From positions 82,833 to 146,832 of the forward strand of contig CAUUMS010000003.1 in NCBI GenBank assembly GCA_963546395.1: a DNA stretch of 64,000 nucleotides, written 5' to 3'. How positions within the stretch are numbered: the first letter of the stretch is position 1; each line of letters starts with the position of its first letter. A program made the position numbers and the translations under genes. Positions 21,174-30,181 of this stretch are shown in pieces. A model generated the notes under the pieces. The model did no database searches. It was not told the DNA's origin and worked only from the letters and a program-made list of their open reading frames with translations. This stretch comes from an uncultured Bacteroidia bacterium (GTDB taxonomy: Bacteria; Bacteroidota; Bacteroidia; Bacteroidales; CAJPTX01).

Positions 21174-21323
21174 AGCATTGAATGTTATGTGATGTATTAC
21201 AACCTGTAATAAAAATCTGCGAACCAAAAGCCAATCAGTAGCAACCGGTTATCGTGGAGGTAACCGCATTGCCTACCCATTTGTTTACCCCGTATCTATG
21301 AAGGGGGGCAGGATGCATGGGCT

Positions 21324-22949
21324 CTAAAGGGAGATCCGGTTGCCTGCGCTATCGTAGAATTTATAGTCAAGCATATTGCAGGAGGTGTCTGCCTGCACCG
21401 AGAGCTTACACCCCAGTTGCCGCGACACCTTGCGCCGCCGGCTCAGCAGCCCCTTGTTGTAGTATGCCGCCACGAACGGGTGGGCCCGCAGCGTCACGGG
21501 GCCATGTACTGCCTCGGCCACCACGGCGAGCTTACGCTCGATCTCATCCTCTAGCACTAGTGTCGACTCCACGCGCCCGCTCCCAGCGCAGCAGGGGCAA
21601 GCCTCCGAGGTGTCGATACGCTGCTCGGGGCGGTGCCGTTGCCGGGTGATCTGCATCAGACCGAAATCGGTGATCTCCAGGATGCGATGCGTCACGCGAT
21701 CTTTCGCCATCAGCTGCCGCATCTTCTCGTACACCTGCTTCCGATTGGCACTCTGGGCCATATCGATGAAGTCGATGACGATGATCCCCCCCATGTCCCG
21801 CAGCCGTAGCTGGCGGGCTATCTCATCGCAGGCTGCGAGGTTTACCTCTAGGGCCGTCTCCTCCGGCGAACCGGCATGCTTAGCCCCGCTACCGCTGTTG
21901 ACATCGATCACGTGAAAAGCCTCGGGGTGCTGAATGATCAGGTATGAGCCCTTGTGGAAGAACACCGTCTGTCCCAGGAGCCGCTTAAGCTGCTTGGTGA
22001 CATCGAAGTTGTCGAAGATGGGTACCCGGGGCGAGCTGTACAGCTTCACAATCTCCGCCTCCTGTGGCGCCACGGCCGTCAGGTAGGTGCGGAGCTCCTG
22101 ATACAGGGCCTTATCATTCACCTGAATGCTCGAGTAGGAGCCATTCAGGTTATCCCGCAGGATGGCCGAGGCACTCTTTATTTCACCCAGGAGCAACAGG
22201 GGTGGCTTGGGATGCTCTGAGAGCTGCGCGAGGCAGTGCTCCCAGCGTGCAAGGAGGCTCTGCAACTCGTTGTTGAGCGCCTCCACCCCTTTCCCCTCTG
22301 CTGCCGTGCGTACAATGACGCCGAAGCCCTGGGGCAGTATGCTGGCCAGTATGCGACGCAGGCGCGTCACCTCCTCCCGCGTGGAGATCTTCGATGACAT
22401 CATCACGCGGGTGCTGTAGGGGAGTAGCACCAGGTTGCGCCCCGCTAGCGAAATCTCCGTGGTGAGGCTCGGCCCCTTGTTGGAAAAGGGCTCACGCACC
22501 ACCTGCACCAAAATCACCTGGCCGCTCTTCACGAAGTCGGCAATCTTCCCATTCTTCTCCGGCAGTGGCTGCTCGGAGGGTGCGGTCGACGTGAGCTGGG
22601 GCTGCGTCTCCGTGGCCGTGGGCTCTGCGGAGGCAGCCTCCTTGCGTCCCCCTCCGCCACGGGTGCGTTTCCCCCCTTGCAGGGCCCGGCGCACCCCTTG
22701 CACCATGGTGCTGTAGTGCGGCCCCAGATCCTTAATGTGCAGGAAACCCTCCTTCTGCTGGCCGATGTCCACGAACGCAGCGTTGTGGTTCGGCATTACC
22801 CGGCGCACCACGCCGAGGTAGATGTCACCCACCGAAATGGTGTCCTGCTTGGTTACGCTCCGGTACTCCACCAGCTGCGCATCCTCCAGGAGAGCAATGC
22901 GCGACTCGCCAGAGCGATTGTTGACATCAATGATTAGCTGTGAATTCAC
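21324..22949 (-). CDS. rng: Ribonuclease G/E family endoribonuclease
   Basis: N-terminal S1 domain (GDIYLGVVRRVMPNHNAAFVDIG), catalytic core (HVIDVNSG, DMGGIIVIDFIDM). 541 aa. Confidence 0.9.
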   Translation of the reverse strand: MNSQLIIDVNNRSGESRIALLEDAQLVEYRSVTKQDTISVGDIYLGVVRRVMPNHNAAFVDIGQQKEGFLHIKDLGPHYSTMVQGVRRALQGGKRTRGGGGRKEAASAEPTATETQPQLTSTAPSEQPLPEKNGKIADFVKSGQVILVQVVREPFSNKGPSLTTEISLAGRNLVLLPYSTRVMMSSKISTREEVTRLRRILASILPQGFGVIVRTAAEGKGVEALNNELQSLLARWEHCLAQLSEHPKPPLLLLGEIKSASAILRDNLNGSYSSIQVNDKALYQELRTYLTAVAPQEAEIVKLYSSPRVPIFDNFDVTKQLKRLLGQTVFFHKGSYLIIQHPEAFHVIDVNSGSGAKHAGSPEETALEVNLAACDEIARQLRLRDMGGIIVIDFIDMAQSANRKQVYEKMRQLMAKDRVTHRILEITDFGLMQITRQRHRPEQRIDTSEACPCCAGSGRVESTLVLEDEIERKLAVVAEAVHGPVTLRAHPFVAAYYNKGLLSRRRKVSRQLGCKLSVQADTSCNMLDYKFYDSAGNRISL

Positions 22950-23541
22950 TGAAAAGTAGTCTGATAAACACCCCGTCCTGCTGGTCGATCCCCCGTGCGG
23001 GGGCGCAGCCAGATGTCGGGGGCTATGCCAGAGCCTTGGGTAAGACTCCCGGTGGGCTAGGGGCCTGGGAGCAGGTGCCCGCCACTCGGCCTGAGCCGCT
23101 CCCCATGCCGATAGGATCCCACCGCGAGGAGAGCAGGCCAGCGCAAATGCGCGCGCCGATCATGCGTCGATTATCCACCAGGCGCATGGTACAACTCCGT
23201 GCCCACAGCGCAGCGCGAGAGCCGCAGCATCTTGCGCTATTCGCATGGTAACCCCCGCCACGCAGGAGACCCCCTCAGCCGTCGCCTGCACTACGCCCGC
23301 AAACCCCGCATCCATCCACCCGTTATCCGGGACGTGGTGCGGAGCCTAACGGAATGCCCCCCTGCACCGACGGGTGCAAAGGGAGGGAGTGCGCTGACGG
23401 CAGGATGTGAGGTCTACCTCAAATACCCACAGCAACCCCCGCCAGGGGATCGATGATCCCCGGCAGGGACTGCGCAGACTCGAGCTCGGGATCCCCTTCG
23501 GGCACGCAGTGAGTCTATCCACCTAGTGCGGCCCGGGAGGA

Positions 23542-23631
23542 CTATTTCTTTTTATGACGATTCTTGCGGAGACGTTTCTTCCGCTTATGGGTTGCCATCT
23601 TATGACGCTTGCGCTTCTTACCGCTTGGCAT
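23542..23631 (-). CDS. 29-aa Lys/Arg-rich micro-protein (bTHX / AURKAIP1-COX24-like, probably ribosome-associated)
   Basis: Hand-translated minus-strand ORF MPSGKKRKRHKMATHKRKKRLRKNRHKKK*. It is too short for the ORF track. It lies 50 nt downstream of hup on the same strand. Confidence 0.65.
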   Translation of the reverse strand: MPSGKKRKRHKMATHKRKKRLRKNRHKKK

Positions 23632-23681
23632 AAGGCTCTCTCTTTATGGGGTTGATAATTATCGCGCTCGGGCCCGTGGGG

Positions 23682-23963
23682 CTAGCTGTTGCCCCGGATG
23701 CGACCCGATAGGATCCTGGACGGCTTGAATGCGGGCACCTTGTGGGCCGGGATGATGATGGGCACATCCTTCGAGATGTTACGGGCCACCTTCTCGGCGC
23801 GCTCGCGCACCATGAAGCTCCCGAATCCCCGCAGGTACACACTCTCGTTGCGAAGAAGGGCCCCGCTCACCGAGTCCATGAAGGCTTCTATGGTCCTCAG
23901 CACGGAGGCACGTTCGATGCCCGTCTTCTTTGCTATCTCATTCACCAGGTCTGCCTTCGTCAT
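23682..23963 (-). CDS. hup: HU family DNA-binding protein
   Basis: MTKADLVNEIAKKTGI...GFGSF..RERA.R.ARN. The pattern is typical of HU/IHF. 93 aa. Confidence 0.9.
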   Translation of the reverse strand: MTKADLVNEIAKKTGIERASVLRTIEAFMDSVSGALLRNESVYLRGFGSFMVRERAEKVARNISKDVPIIIPAHKVPAFKPSRILSGRIRGNS

Positions 23964-24041
23964 TGTCTACTCCTAAGCGTGGCCATTAAATGGGTACGTA
24001 GGACGCTCAGCACGCGCTATGCGTGCCACCCTACATCGCCG

Positions 24042-24049
24042 CAAAGGTA
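24042..24049 (-). promoter_or_regulatory. -7 promoter box (TAccTTTG on the minus strand) for hup
   Basis: caaaggta on the plus strand, 79 nt upstream of the hup start. Confidence 0.45.
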
Positions 24050-24196
24050 GCACCTTTTTTGTTATCCACCGCGGGGATAAATGCCCGAAAACGCAAGGCT
24101 AAAATCCTTGCCATTAGTTCATTGCGGTAGCCCCCTCGCCTGGGGGACGGCGATGCCGTGGTGCGATTGCGCACGATCATCCCCCCTACCACTGCT

Positions 24197-24257
24197 GCAC
24201 CAGCAAGGTACCAAGCCCGTATTTGGTAGGCTAAATACGGACTTGGTGCGGCGATGC
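24197..24257 (+). repeat. 61-nt palindromic intergenic element, copy A
   Basis: Core is CCGTATTT-N8-AAATACGG inside a roughly 17-bp imperfect hairpin. By hand alignment 44 of 61 positions are identical to copy B at 57496..57556. Confidence 0.5.
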
Positions 24258-24318
24258 TACGCGCTCGTCACGTCGCTGTAGCATGCTGGTGGGCCCGCAT
24301 GCGCATGCCATTTTTACA

Positions 24319-24326
24319 TACCTTTG
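24319..24326 (+). promoter_or_regulatory. -7 promoter box TAccTTTG
   Basis: Exact TAnnTTTG 51 nt upstream of the PAS gene ATG. Confidence 0.45.
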
Positions 24327-24376
24327 CCAAGGGGTGCCGGAGTGCGTGCTACCCGTAAGGAATAACCAGCAGCAAT

Positions 24377-24718
24377 ATGTTCGATTTACAGCAAGTGTTG
24401 GAGGAGCTTCCGCTCGCCATCACCATTACCGATCTCGAGGGCACCATCGTCTACATGAATGCGGCCTCAGCCCAGGTGAACGCTCAGGGCGGCGGTAAGG
24501 CTCTGGTGGGGAAGCAGGTGCGCGATTGCCACAATGAGCGTTCCAAGGCCATCATCGAGCGTCTCTTCCAGGGGGAGACGAATGTGTACACCATCAGTAA
24601 GCAGGGGCAACGCAAGCTCATCTACCAGTGCCCCTGGCGGGTGAATGGCGAGGTGCGGGGGCTCGTGGAGCTCTCGGCGGTGATACCTGAGGACATGCCG
24701 CACTACGTGCGGGGCTAA
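24377..24718 (+). CDS. Stand-alone PAS domain protein
   Basis: 113 aa with a PAS-like pattern (LPLAITITDLEGTIVYMNAA...VGKQVRDCH...). No output domain. Confidence 0.7.
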   Translation: MFDLQQVLEELPLAITITDLEGTIVYMNAASAQVNAQGGGKALVGKQVRDCHNERSKAIIERLFQGETNVYTISKQGQRKLIYQCPWRVNGEVRGLVELSAVIPEDMPHYVRG

Positions 24719-24760
24719 CGGGGGTGCCAATGCGCAGTGAACTGATAAATTTTGGGTGCA

Positions 24761-27700
24761 ATGAGTAGAATGGGTAGAATTATCGGGTTGATAGGCGTAA
24801 TGCTGGGGTTGCTAGTCGCAAAGGGCCACGCAGGGTACGAGCCGCTGTGGCTCGTCACGCCCTCCATTTCGCCGGATGGCACGCGGGTAGCATTCTCCTA
24901 CCGGGGCGTGCTGTACGTGGTGCCGACCTCTGGCGGCGAGGCGCAGCCCCTCACCACGGGGCGCGATTACGTCCGGGGGCCTGTGTGGTCGCCCGATGGC
25001 AAGCGCATCGCGTATGCTAGCGACATGTACGGCAATTTCGACGTGTACACGCTGTCGCTGGATGGTGGGGCCACGGAGCGTGTGACGACCGGATCGGCCG
25101 ATGAGTTCCCTTTCGCCTACACGCCGGCTGGCGACAGCCTCATCTACCGGGCGCAGGAGATGCCGGCCCACAAGTCGGCCCTATTCTACACGCGGTGGAC
25201 GAGCCAGCTCTATCGCATCGCCGTCTCAGGGGGGCGCGAGCAGCTCTACCTGCCGATGCCGGCTGCCAGCATGTCTTTTGCCCCGGATGGGAAGACAATC
25301 CTGTTCGAGGATGTGCGCGGCAATGAGGACGAGGCTCGTAAGCATCACACGAGCTCCATAGCGCGGGACATATGGCTCTACACCCCGGGCTCACCATCGG
25401 CGCGGCAGCTCATCGTGCGTGAGGGGGAGGATCGTAACCCCGTGTTCGGGGCCGATAGCGATCATTTCTACTTCCTCAGCGAGCGCGACGGGGGGTCGTT
25501 CAACGTCTACGCATCCTCTGTTTCAGCCCCGTCGCAGGTGCAGCAGCTGACGCGCTTTGCGCGCAACCCGGTGCGGGCTCTCACGGCGTCGCGGTCGGGC
25601 ATGCTGTGTTTTACCTACGATGGGCGCATCTACACCATGCCGGCGGCGGGAGGCGAGCCCCAGGTGCTCAACGTGAGCATTGCTCGGCCAGACGGTGCAC
25701 CCGACTCGGTGTTCATGCGTCTCAAGAGTGCCTCGGATGGGGTGATTTCGCCCAATGGCAAAGAGGTCGCCTTTGTGTCGCGGGGCGATGTGTACGTGAG
25801 CTCCATCGAGTTTGGCAACACGCGCCAGATCACCAACACGCCGGAGCAGGAACGCTCGGTGGATTGGGCCCCCGATGGTCGTTCGCTGGTGTACGCGGGT
25901 GAGCGTCATGGCAGCTGGAATCTCTACATGGCCTCGATAACGCGCAGCGATGAGCCCAGCTTTGCGGGGGCCACGTCCATCACGGAGAAACCGTTGCTGG
26001 TGACGGCGCAGGAGACCTTCCAGCCGCGCTTCTCGCCCGATGGCAAGGAGGTGGCCTTCATTGAGGATCGCACGAAGATTCGCGTTATCAATCTGGCCAC
26101 TAAGCAGGTGCGCTCAGTCACAGACGGTAGCCAGAATTACTCCTACCAGGATGGGGACATCTCCTACGAGTGGTCGCCCGACTCCAAGTGGATCGTCCTC
26201 TCGTTTGATGCTAAGCGTCGGTGGCCGAATTCCGACATCGGCCTTGTGCGCGCCTCGGGCACTGAGCCCATATTCAACCTGACCCAGAGTGGCTACACCG
26301 ACACGAATCCTCGCTTCATGATGAACGGCGATGTCATCATCTGGCACAGCGACCGCAACGGTTACCGCAGCCACGCGAGCTGGGGGGCGCAGGAGGATGT
26401 GTACGCCTTCTTCATCAACCGGGAGGCTTACGCGAAGTATAGGCTTACGCCCTTTGAGCTGGACGAGCTGAAGGCGGCGAAGGAGCAGGGGAGCGATAGC
26501 GTGAAGGATGCTAAGAAGGGTAAGGGGAAGAAGGAGGCGGCCAGCACCCCGAGCAAGACGAAGGATCTGGACATCGACCTGACGAATGTGGAGGATCGCA
26601 TCGTGCGCCTCACCATCCACAGCTCTAGCCTGGCAGATGCCATTGTCACGCCGGACGGCGAGAGCCTCTACTACCTGTGCAGCTTCGAGGGGAAGTTCAA
26701 CCTCTGGAAGACCGACCTCCGCAAGCGGAGCACTAAGCGGGTGCTCGATGTCAAGATGGATGGGGGAAGCCTTTCGCTCGACTCGAAGGGGGAGAATATG
26801 CTCATCGCCACGGGCGATAGGATGGTGAAGGTGAACCTTAAGTCGGAGAAGCAGACGGATGTGGCCATCTCTGCGCCGTTTACCCATCGGGGTGCTCAGG
26901 AGAGGGCATATATCTTCGACCACGCCTGGCGGCAGGTGATCAACAAGTTCTACCGCTCAGATCTGCATGGGGTCGATTGGAAGTACTACCGTGAAGTGTA
27001 CGAGAAGTTCCTCCCGTACATCAACAACAACTACGACTTCACCGACATGCTGAGCGAGCTGCTCGGCGAGCTGAATGCGTCGCACACGGGCTCGGGGTAC
27101 CGTTCTCCGGGTCTGCCTGGTGGGCCGCGCACGGCCTCGCTGGGGGTGTTCTACGATCGCTCTTTCGCGGGCCCTGGCATCCGCATCACGGAGGTGCTAC
27201 GGGGTGGGCCGCTGGATGAGACCAAGGTGAAGGTGAAGGCTGGCGCAGTGATTACATCCATCGATGGTGTGGCTGTGCGTGACTTTGCCGATCTGCCCAG
27301 GCTGCTCGATCGTAAGGAGGGTGAGCGCGTGCGGATCGAGCTGCGCGAAGGGGCCGCTACGCATAGCGAGGTGGTGAAACCCATATCGAGGGGCACGCTC
27401 AACAATCTCATGTACGAGCGTTGGGTGGAGCAGCGTCGCCGCGAGGTGGATAGCCTCTCGGGTGGCCGACTGGGGTATGTGCACATTCGGGGGATGAACG
27501 CTGGCAGCTTCCGCACGGTGTACTCTGACCTCTTCGGGCGGTATAACGACCGCGAGGGGGTGGTCATCGACACCCGTTACAACGGGGGCGGGCACCTGCA
27601 TGAGGATGTAGAGGTGCTGTTCAGCGGCCATAAGTACCTCGACCTAGTGCCTCGCGAGCAGGTGATATCGGAGCACCCGCGCAAGCGGTGGAAGAAGCCG

Positions 27701-28066
27701 TCGGTGATGCTCATTGGCGAGGCGAACTATAGCAATGCGCACGGCACGCCGTGGGTGTACAAGACGCAGGGATTGGGTAAGCTGGTGGGTAAACCCGTGC
27801 CGGGTACCATGACGTCGGTGTGGTGGGAGACGCAGGTCGACCCCACGATCTACTTCGGGGTGCCCATCGTGGGCTATGTGGATCGCAATGGTCGCTACCT
27901 GGAGAATCAGCAGCTTGAGCCCGATGTGGATGTGGCTCTCGACTACTTCAAGCTACAGCAGGGGCACGACACGCAGATAGAGAAGGCGGTGCAGGTGCTC
28001 CTCGAGGCTGCGGATGCGGCAAAGGCGGATAGCCCATGGCCGGAGATTGAGAAGAGGTTCCGTTAG
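24761..28066 (+). CDS. Tricorn-protease-like S41 peptidase (beta-propellers + PDZ + S41 domain)
   Basis: About 1100 aa. Signal peptide, repeated TolB/WD40-like PDG motifs (SPDGTRVAF, SPDGKRIAY, APDGKTILF, SPNGKEVAF, APDGRSLVY, SPDGKEVAF), then PDZ-like and C-terminal S41 regions. Start set at the first ATG (track start is TTG at 24752). Confidence 0.85.
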   Translation: MSRMGRIIGLIGVMLGLLVAKGHAGYEPLWLVTPSISPDGTRVAFSYRGVLYVVPTSGGEAQPLTTGRDYVRGPVWSPDGKRIAYASDMYGNFDVYTLSLDGGATERVTTGSADEFPFAYTPAGDSLIYRAQEMPAHKSALFYTRWTSQLYRIAVSGGREQLYLPMPAASMSFAPDGKTILFEDVRGNEDEARKHHTSSIARDIWLYTPGSPSARQLIVREGEDRNPVFGADSDHFYFLSERDGGSFNVYASSVSAPSQVQQLTRFARNPVRALTASRSGMLCFTYDGRIYTMPAAGGEPQVLNVSIARPDGAPDSVFMRLKSASDGVISPNGKEVAFVSRGDVYVSSIEFGNTRQITNTPEQERSVDWAPDGRSLVYAGERHGSWNLYMASITRSDEPSFAGATSITEKPLLVTAQETFQPRFSPDGKEVAFIEDRTKIRVINLATKQVRSVTDGSQNYSYQDGDISYEWSPDSKWIVLSFDAKRRWPNSDIGLVRASGTEPIFNLTQSGYTDTNPRFMMNGDVIIWHSDRNGYRSHASWGAQEDVYAFFINREAYAKYRLTPFELDELKAAKEQGSDSVKDAKKGKGKKEAASTPSKTKDLDIDLTNVEDRIVRLTIHSSSLADAIVTPDGESLYYLCSFEGKFNLWKTDLRKRSTKRVLDVKMDGGSLSLDSKGENMLIATGDRMVKVNLKSEKQTDVAISAPFTHRGAQERAYIFDHAWRQVINKFYRSDLHGVDWKYYREVYEKFLPYINNNYDFTDMLSELLGELNASHTGSGYRSPGLPGGPRTASLGVFYDRSFAGPGIRITEVLRGGPLDETKVKVKAGAVITSIDGVAVRDFADLPRLLDRKEGERVRIELREGAATHSEVVKPISRGTLNNLMYERWVEQRRREVDSLSGGRLGYVHIRGMNAGSFRTVYSDLFGRYNDREGVVIDTRYNGGGHLHEDVEVLFSGHKYLDLVPREQVISEHPRKRWKKPSVMLIGEANYSNAHGTPWVYKTQGLGKLVGKPVPGTMTSVWWETQVDPTIYFGVPIVGYVDRNGRYLENQQLEPDVDVALDYFKLQQGHDTQIEKAVQVLLEAADAAKADSPWPEIEKRFR

Positions 28067-28089
28067 TAGACGCTGGCGGTAGATAGCAT

Positions 28090-28128
28090 GCATCGGGGCT
28101 GGGTTTCCTGGCCCCGATGCTGTTTTTT
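28090..28128 (+). terminator. Intrinsic terminator after the tricorn-like protease gene
   Basis: Perfect 10-bp stem gcatcggggc/gccccgatgc followed by tgtttttt. Confidence 0.75.
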
Positions 28129-28344
28129 GTGGGGATTGCTCCGGGGTGTTACCCCTCGTGGCACGCTTTGGGATGTTGGGTAGTGGATGTGTAGGTTGCC
28201 ATTTGGCCCCTGGCCTTGCCCGCAAGCAGCGCAGGATATGATGCGTGTGCTACGCGAGAGGATGGATAGGATGGGTGACGTGAGTTGGATGGCAATATGA
28301 GGGCCGGGGTTGTCACGCATTGTGAGCCTTGCCCCCATGCATGT

Positions 28345-28383
28345 CGAAGGGCGGGATGCGCAAACGTCGCATCCCGCCCTTCG
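28345..28383 (-). terminator. Hairpin downstream of the LRR gene (putative terminator)
   Basis: Perfect 16-bp stem cgaagggcgggatgcg/cgcatcccgcccttcg with a 7-nt loop. There is no clear U-tract on the minus strand. Confidence 0.45.
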
Positions 28384-28482
28384 CGGTTTTCGCCCTCAGA
28401 TGGCCCGTTGTTTGCCTATGGGTGTGGCAATGTGGCCAGGGGGTGAGTGTGTCCCCAATGTGGGTTATATGCTCGCAGTGGA

Positions 28483-30009
28483 TTACTTACCCCAGTCCTC
28501 CTCCGTGGCCGGTAGGCAGCGGTTGTCTGTCTCGGATAGCTCCCGCAGCGAGGGGCACTTTTCCTGGCCCACCACCTCGGGGGTCGAGAGCAAGGCTCCG
28601 CTCTTGTACTGGAGCAGCGTCAGGGCTGGGCACTCACTGATGTCGAGGGTCTTGAGATTGTTGTTGCTGCAAAGGAGCCACTGCAACCCCGTGGGGTTTA
28701 GGCTGTCTAGCTTGTTGCCGCTACAGGCTAGCTTGGTGAGCTGCTTGCACGGGCGTAGGTCTAGCCTGGTGAGCTTGTTCTGCACGCACTCCAGCGTTGT
28801 GAGCTTGGGGCACGGGCGCAGATCCAGCGTGGCGATGCGGTTGAATGAGCAGTCGAGGTTCTCTAGGGCAGCGCACGGGCGCAAATCGAGAGCATCCATG
28901 CCGTTCTCGGCGCACTGGAGCTTCTTCAGGTTAGGGAAGGCCTTGAGGTCGAGATTGGCCAGGAGGTTCTTGCTGCACATGAGAGTGCTCAGCTTGTTGC
29001 CCTGGGCACTGGCAATGCGGGCAATTCGATTGGCTGAGCAGTTGAGCCAGCTGAGTGATGCGCACCCCTGTATGTCGATGGCGCTGAGGGTGTTGTTGCT
29101 GCAATTCAGCTCGGTGAGGTTGCGGCTGCTACTCAGGTTGAGGTTTGCGAGCGTGTTGTGCGAGCAGTTCAGCTGCCGTAGCAGCGCGCAGGGTTGCACG
29201 TTGAGCGCGGTGAGTTGATTGTGGTTGCAGTCCAGCCACCACAGGCGTGTGCAGGCTTTCAGGTCGAGGGCACGCAGACGGTTCTCGGCGCAGTTTAGCA
29301 CCTCCAGCGCAGCACTGGCGCTGAGGTTGAGGCTCTCCAGCTCATTGCCATTGCACTCCACGCGGCGGATCTTGGGGCATGGACGCAGGTCGAGGTGGCG
29401 CAGCTTGTTGCCAGCAACGTCCAGCTCACGCAGGTTGGGGCACCCCGAGAGGTTGATCCTATCGAGGCCTGCCGCACGGCCCGCCATTGAACTCGCCCTG
29501 GGGCACTTGAGCACTTCCAGCTTATTGCAGTTCTGAATATTCAGGTCTCCGGTAAGGCTGTGGTCGCACCACACCACGCGCAGGGATGAACCTTCGGGGA
29601 GTGAGAGCCACTGAATGAGGCTGGTACCATCTTCGTCCTGGGCACTGGAGCGGGTGGTGCCGCTGATTTTGTAGCCCATGGCCCGTAGCGTGCCCGAGGC
29701 CTGCATGTCGGCCAGGCTTTGTTCGCTCATGGCCACTAGGCTCACATGCCCGTACACCCGCAGGGTGTCGCAGCGCATGGCGATGTCGATGCGCTTAAGT
29801 TGCTGGCCGATGGTTTGCTGTTGTATGGAGTTGCAGCTCGAAAAGCTCACCGTGGTGCCTTCGCTGTCGGCAGCCAACCAGAGGGATACGGTGGGTTCGC
29901 TAGAGGTGAGCGTAAAGGCTAGCGGGCTCTTCTTTGCCTGCCCCAACGCAGGGTGTACACAGGAGAGCAGCAGGCATATCCCCGCAAGGATTGATGATAT
30001 ACGACGCAT
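28483..30009 (-). CDS. Leucine-rich-repeat lipoprotein with Cys-ladder repeats (InlJ-like)
   Basis: Lipobox LLLSC and about 14 tandem 21-22-aa repeats of the form LxCxxNxLxxLDLxxCxxLxx. 508 aa. Confidence 0.85.
   Translation of the reverse strand: MRRISSILAGICLLLSCVHPALGQAKKSPLAFTLTSSEPTVSLWLAADSEGTTVSFSSCNSIQQQTIGQQLKRIDIAMRCDTLRVYGHVSLVAMSEQSLADMQASGTLRAMGYKISGTTRSSAQDEDGTSLIQWLSLPEGSSLRVVWCDHSLTGDLNIQNCNKLEVLKCPRASSMAGRAAGLDRINLSGCPNLRELDVAGNKLRHLDLRPCPKIRRVECNGNELESLNLSASAALEVLNCAENRLRALDLKACTRLWWLDCNHNQLTALNVQPCALLRQLNCSHNTLANLNLSSSRNLTELNCSNNTLSAIDIQGCASLSWLNCSANRIARIASAQGNKLSTLMCSKNLLANLDLKAFPNLKKLQCAENGMDALDLRPCAALENLDCSFNRIATLDLRPCPKLTTLECVQNKLTRLDLRPCKQLTKLACSGNKLDSLNPTGLQWLLCSNNNLKTLDISECPALTLLQYKSGALLSTPEVVGQEKCPSLRELSETDNRCLPATEEDWGK
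28609..29547 (-). repeat. Tandem 63-66-nt coding repeats (LRR units)
   Basis: The periodic LRR units are visible at both protein and DNA level. They also create a long shadow ORF on the plus strand. Confidence 0.8.
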
Positions 30010-30181
30010 TGCTGTTTCGGTTTGATTAAGTTGGAAGTTAAGAGTTTAGAGACGGGTGGGAGACCCTGCGATTGGTTTCGTTAACGGCCCGATCCTGGTT
30101 ACAGTTACACATTGCGCACATTTTACGGATACGTAGGGAAATGCGCGAGTGGGTAATATGTCGGTCCCAAATGGGGGTGGG

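Noticed and set aside
22950-23541. Possible RNase P RNA or tmRNA gene in the ORF-free spacer.
   Set aside because: The universally conserved RNase P P4 strands and the tmRNA T-arm, acceptor end and tag ORF were not found on either strand. Partial look-alike motifs occur in the wrong order. The region is kept only as an unexplained structured region.
24081-24281. Track ORFs 24081..24281 and 57485..57679 share a peptide-like match (K.VFG..N..LVRRC), hinting at a small conserved protein.
   Set aside because: The match is fully explained by the shared 61-nt palindromic DNA element. The flanking ORF sequence is unrelated and neither ORF has a plausible start context.
28310-29218. A 302-aa plus-strand ORF rich in Ser/Leu/Arg.
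   Set aside because: It is a shadow of the periodic LRR coding repeats on the minus strand. Its periodicity is simply the reverse-complement reading of the LRR units.
28609-29547. Regularly spaced repeats of about 63-66 nt that could superficially suggest a CRISPR array.
   Set aside because: The repeats are imperfect, contiguous with no unique spacers, and in frame within a 508-aa LRR protein.
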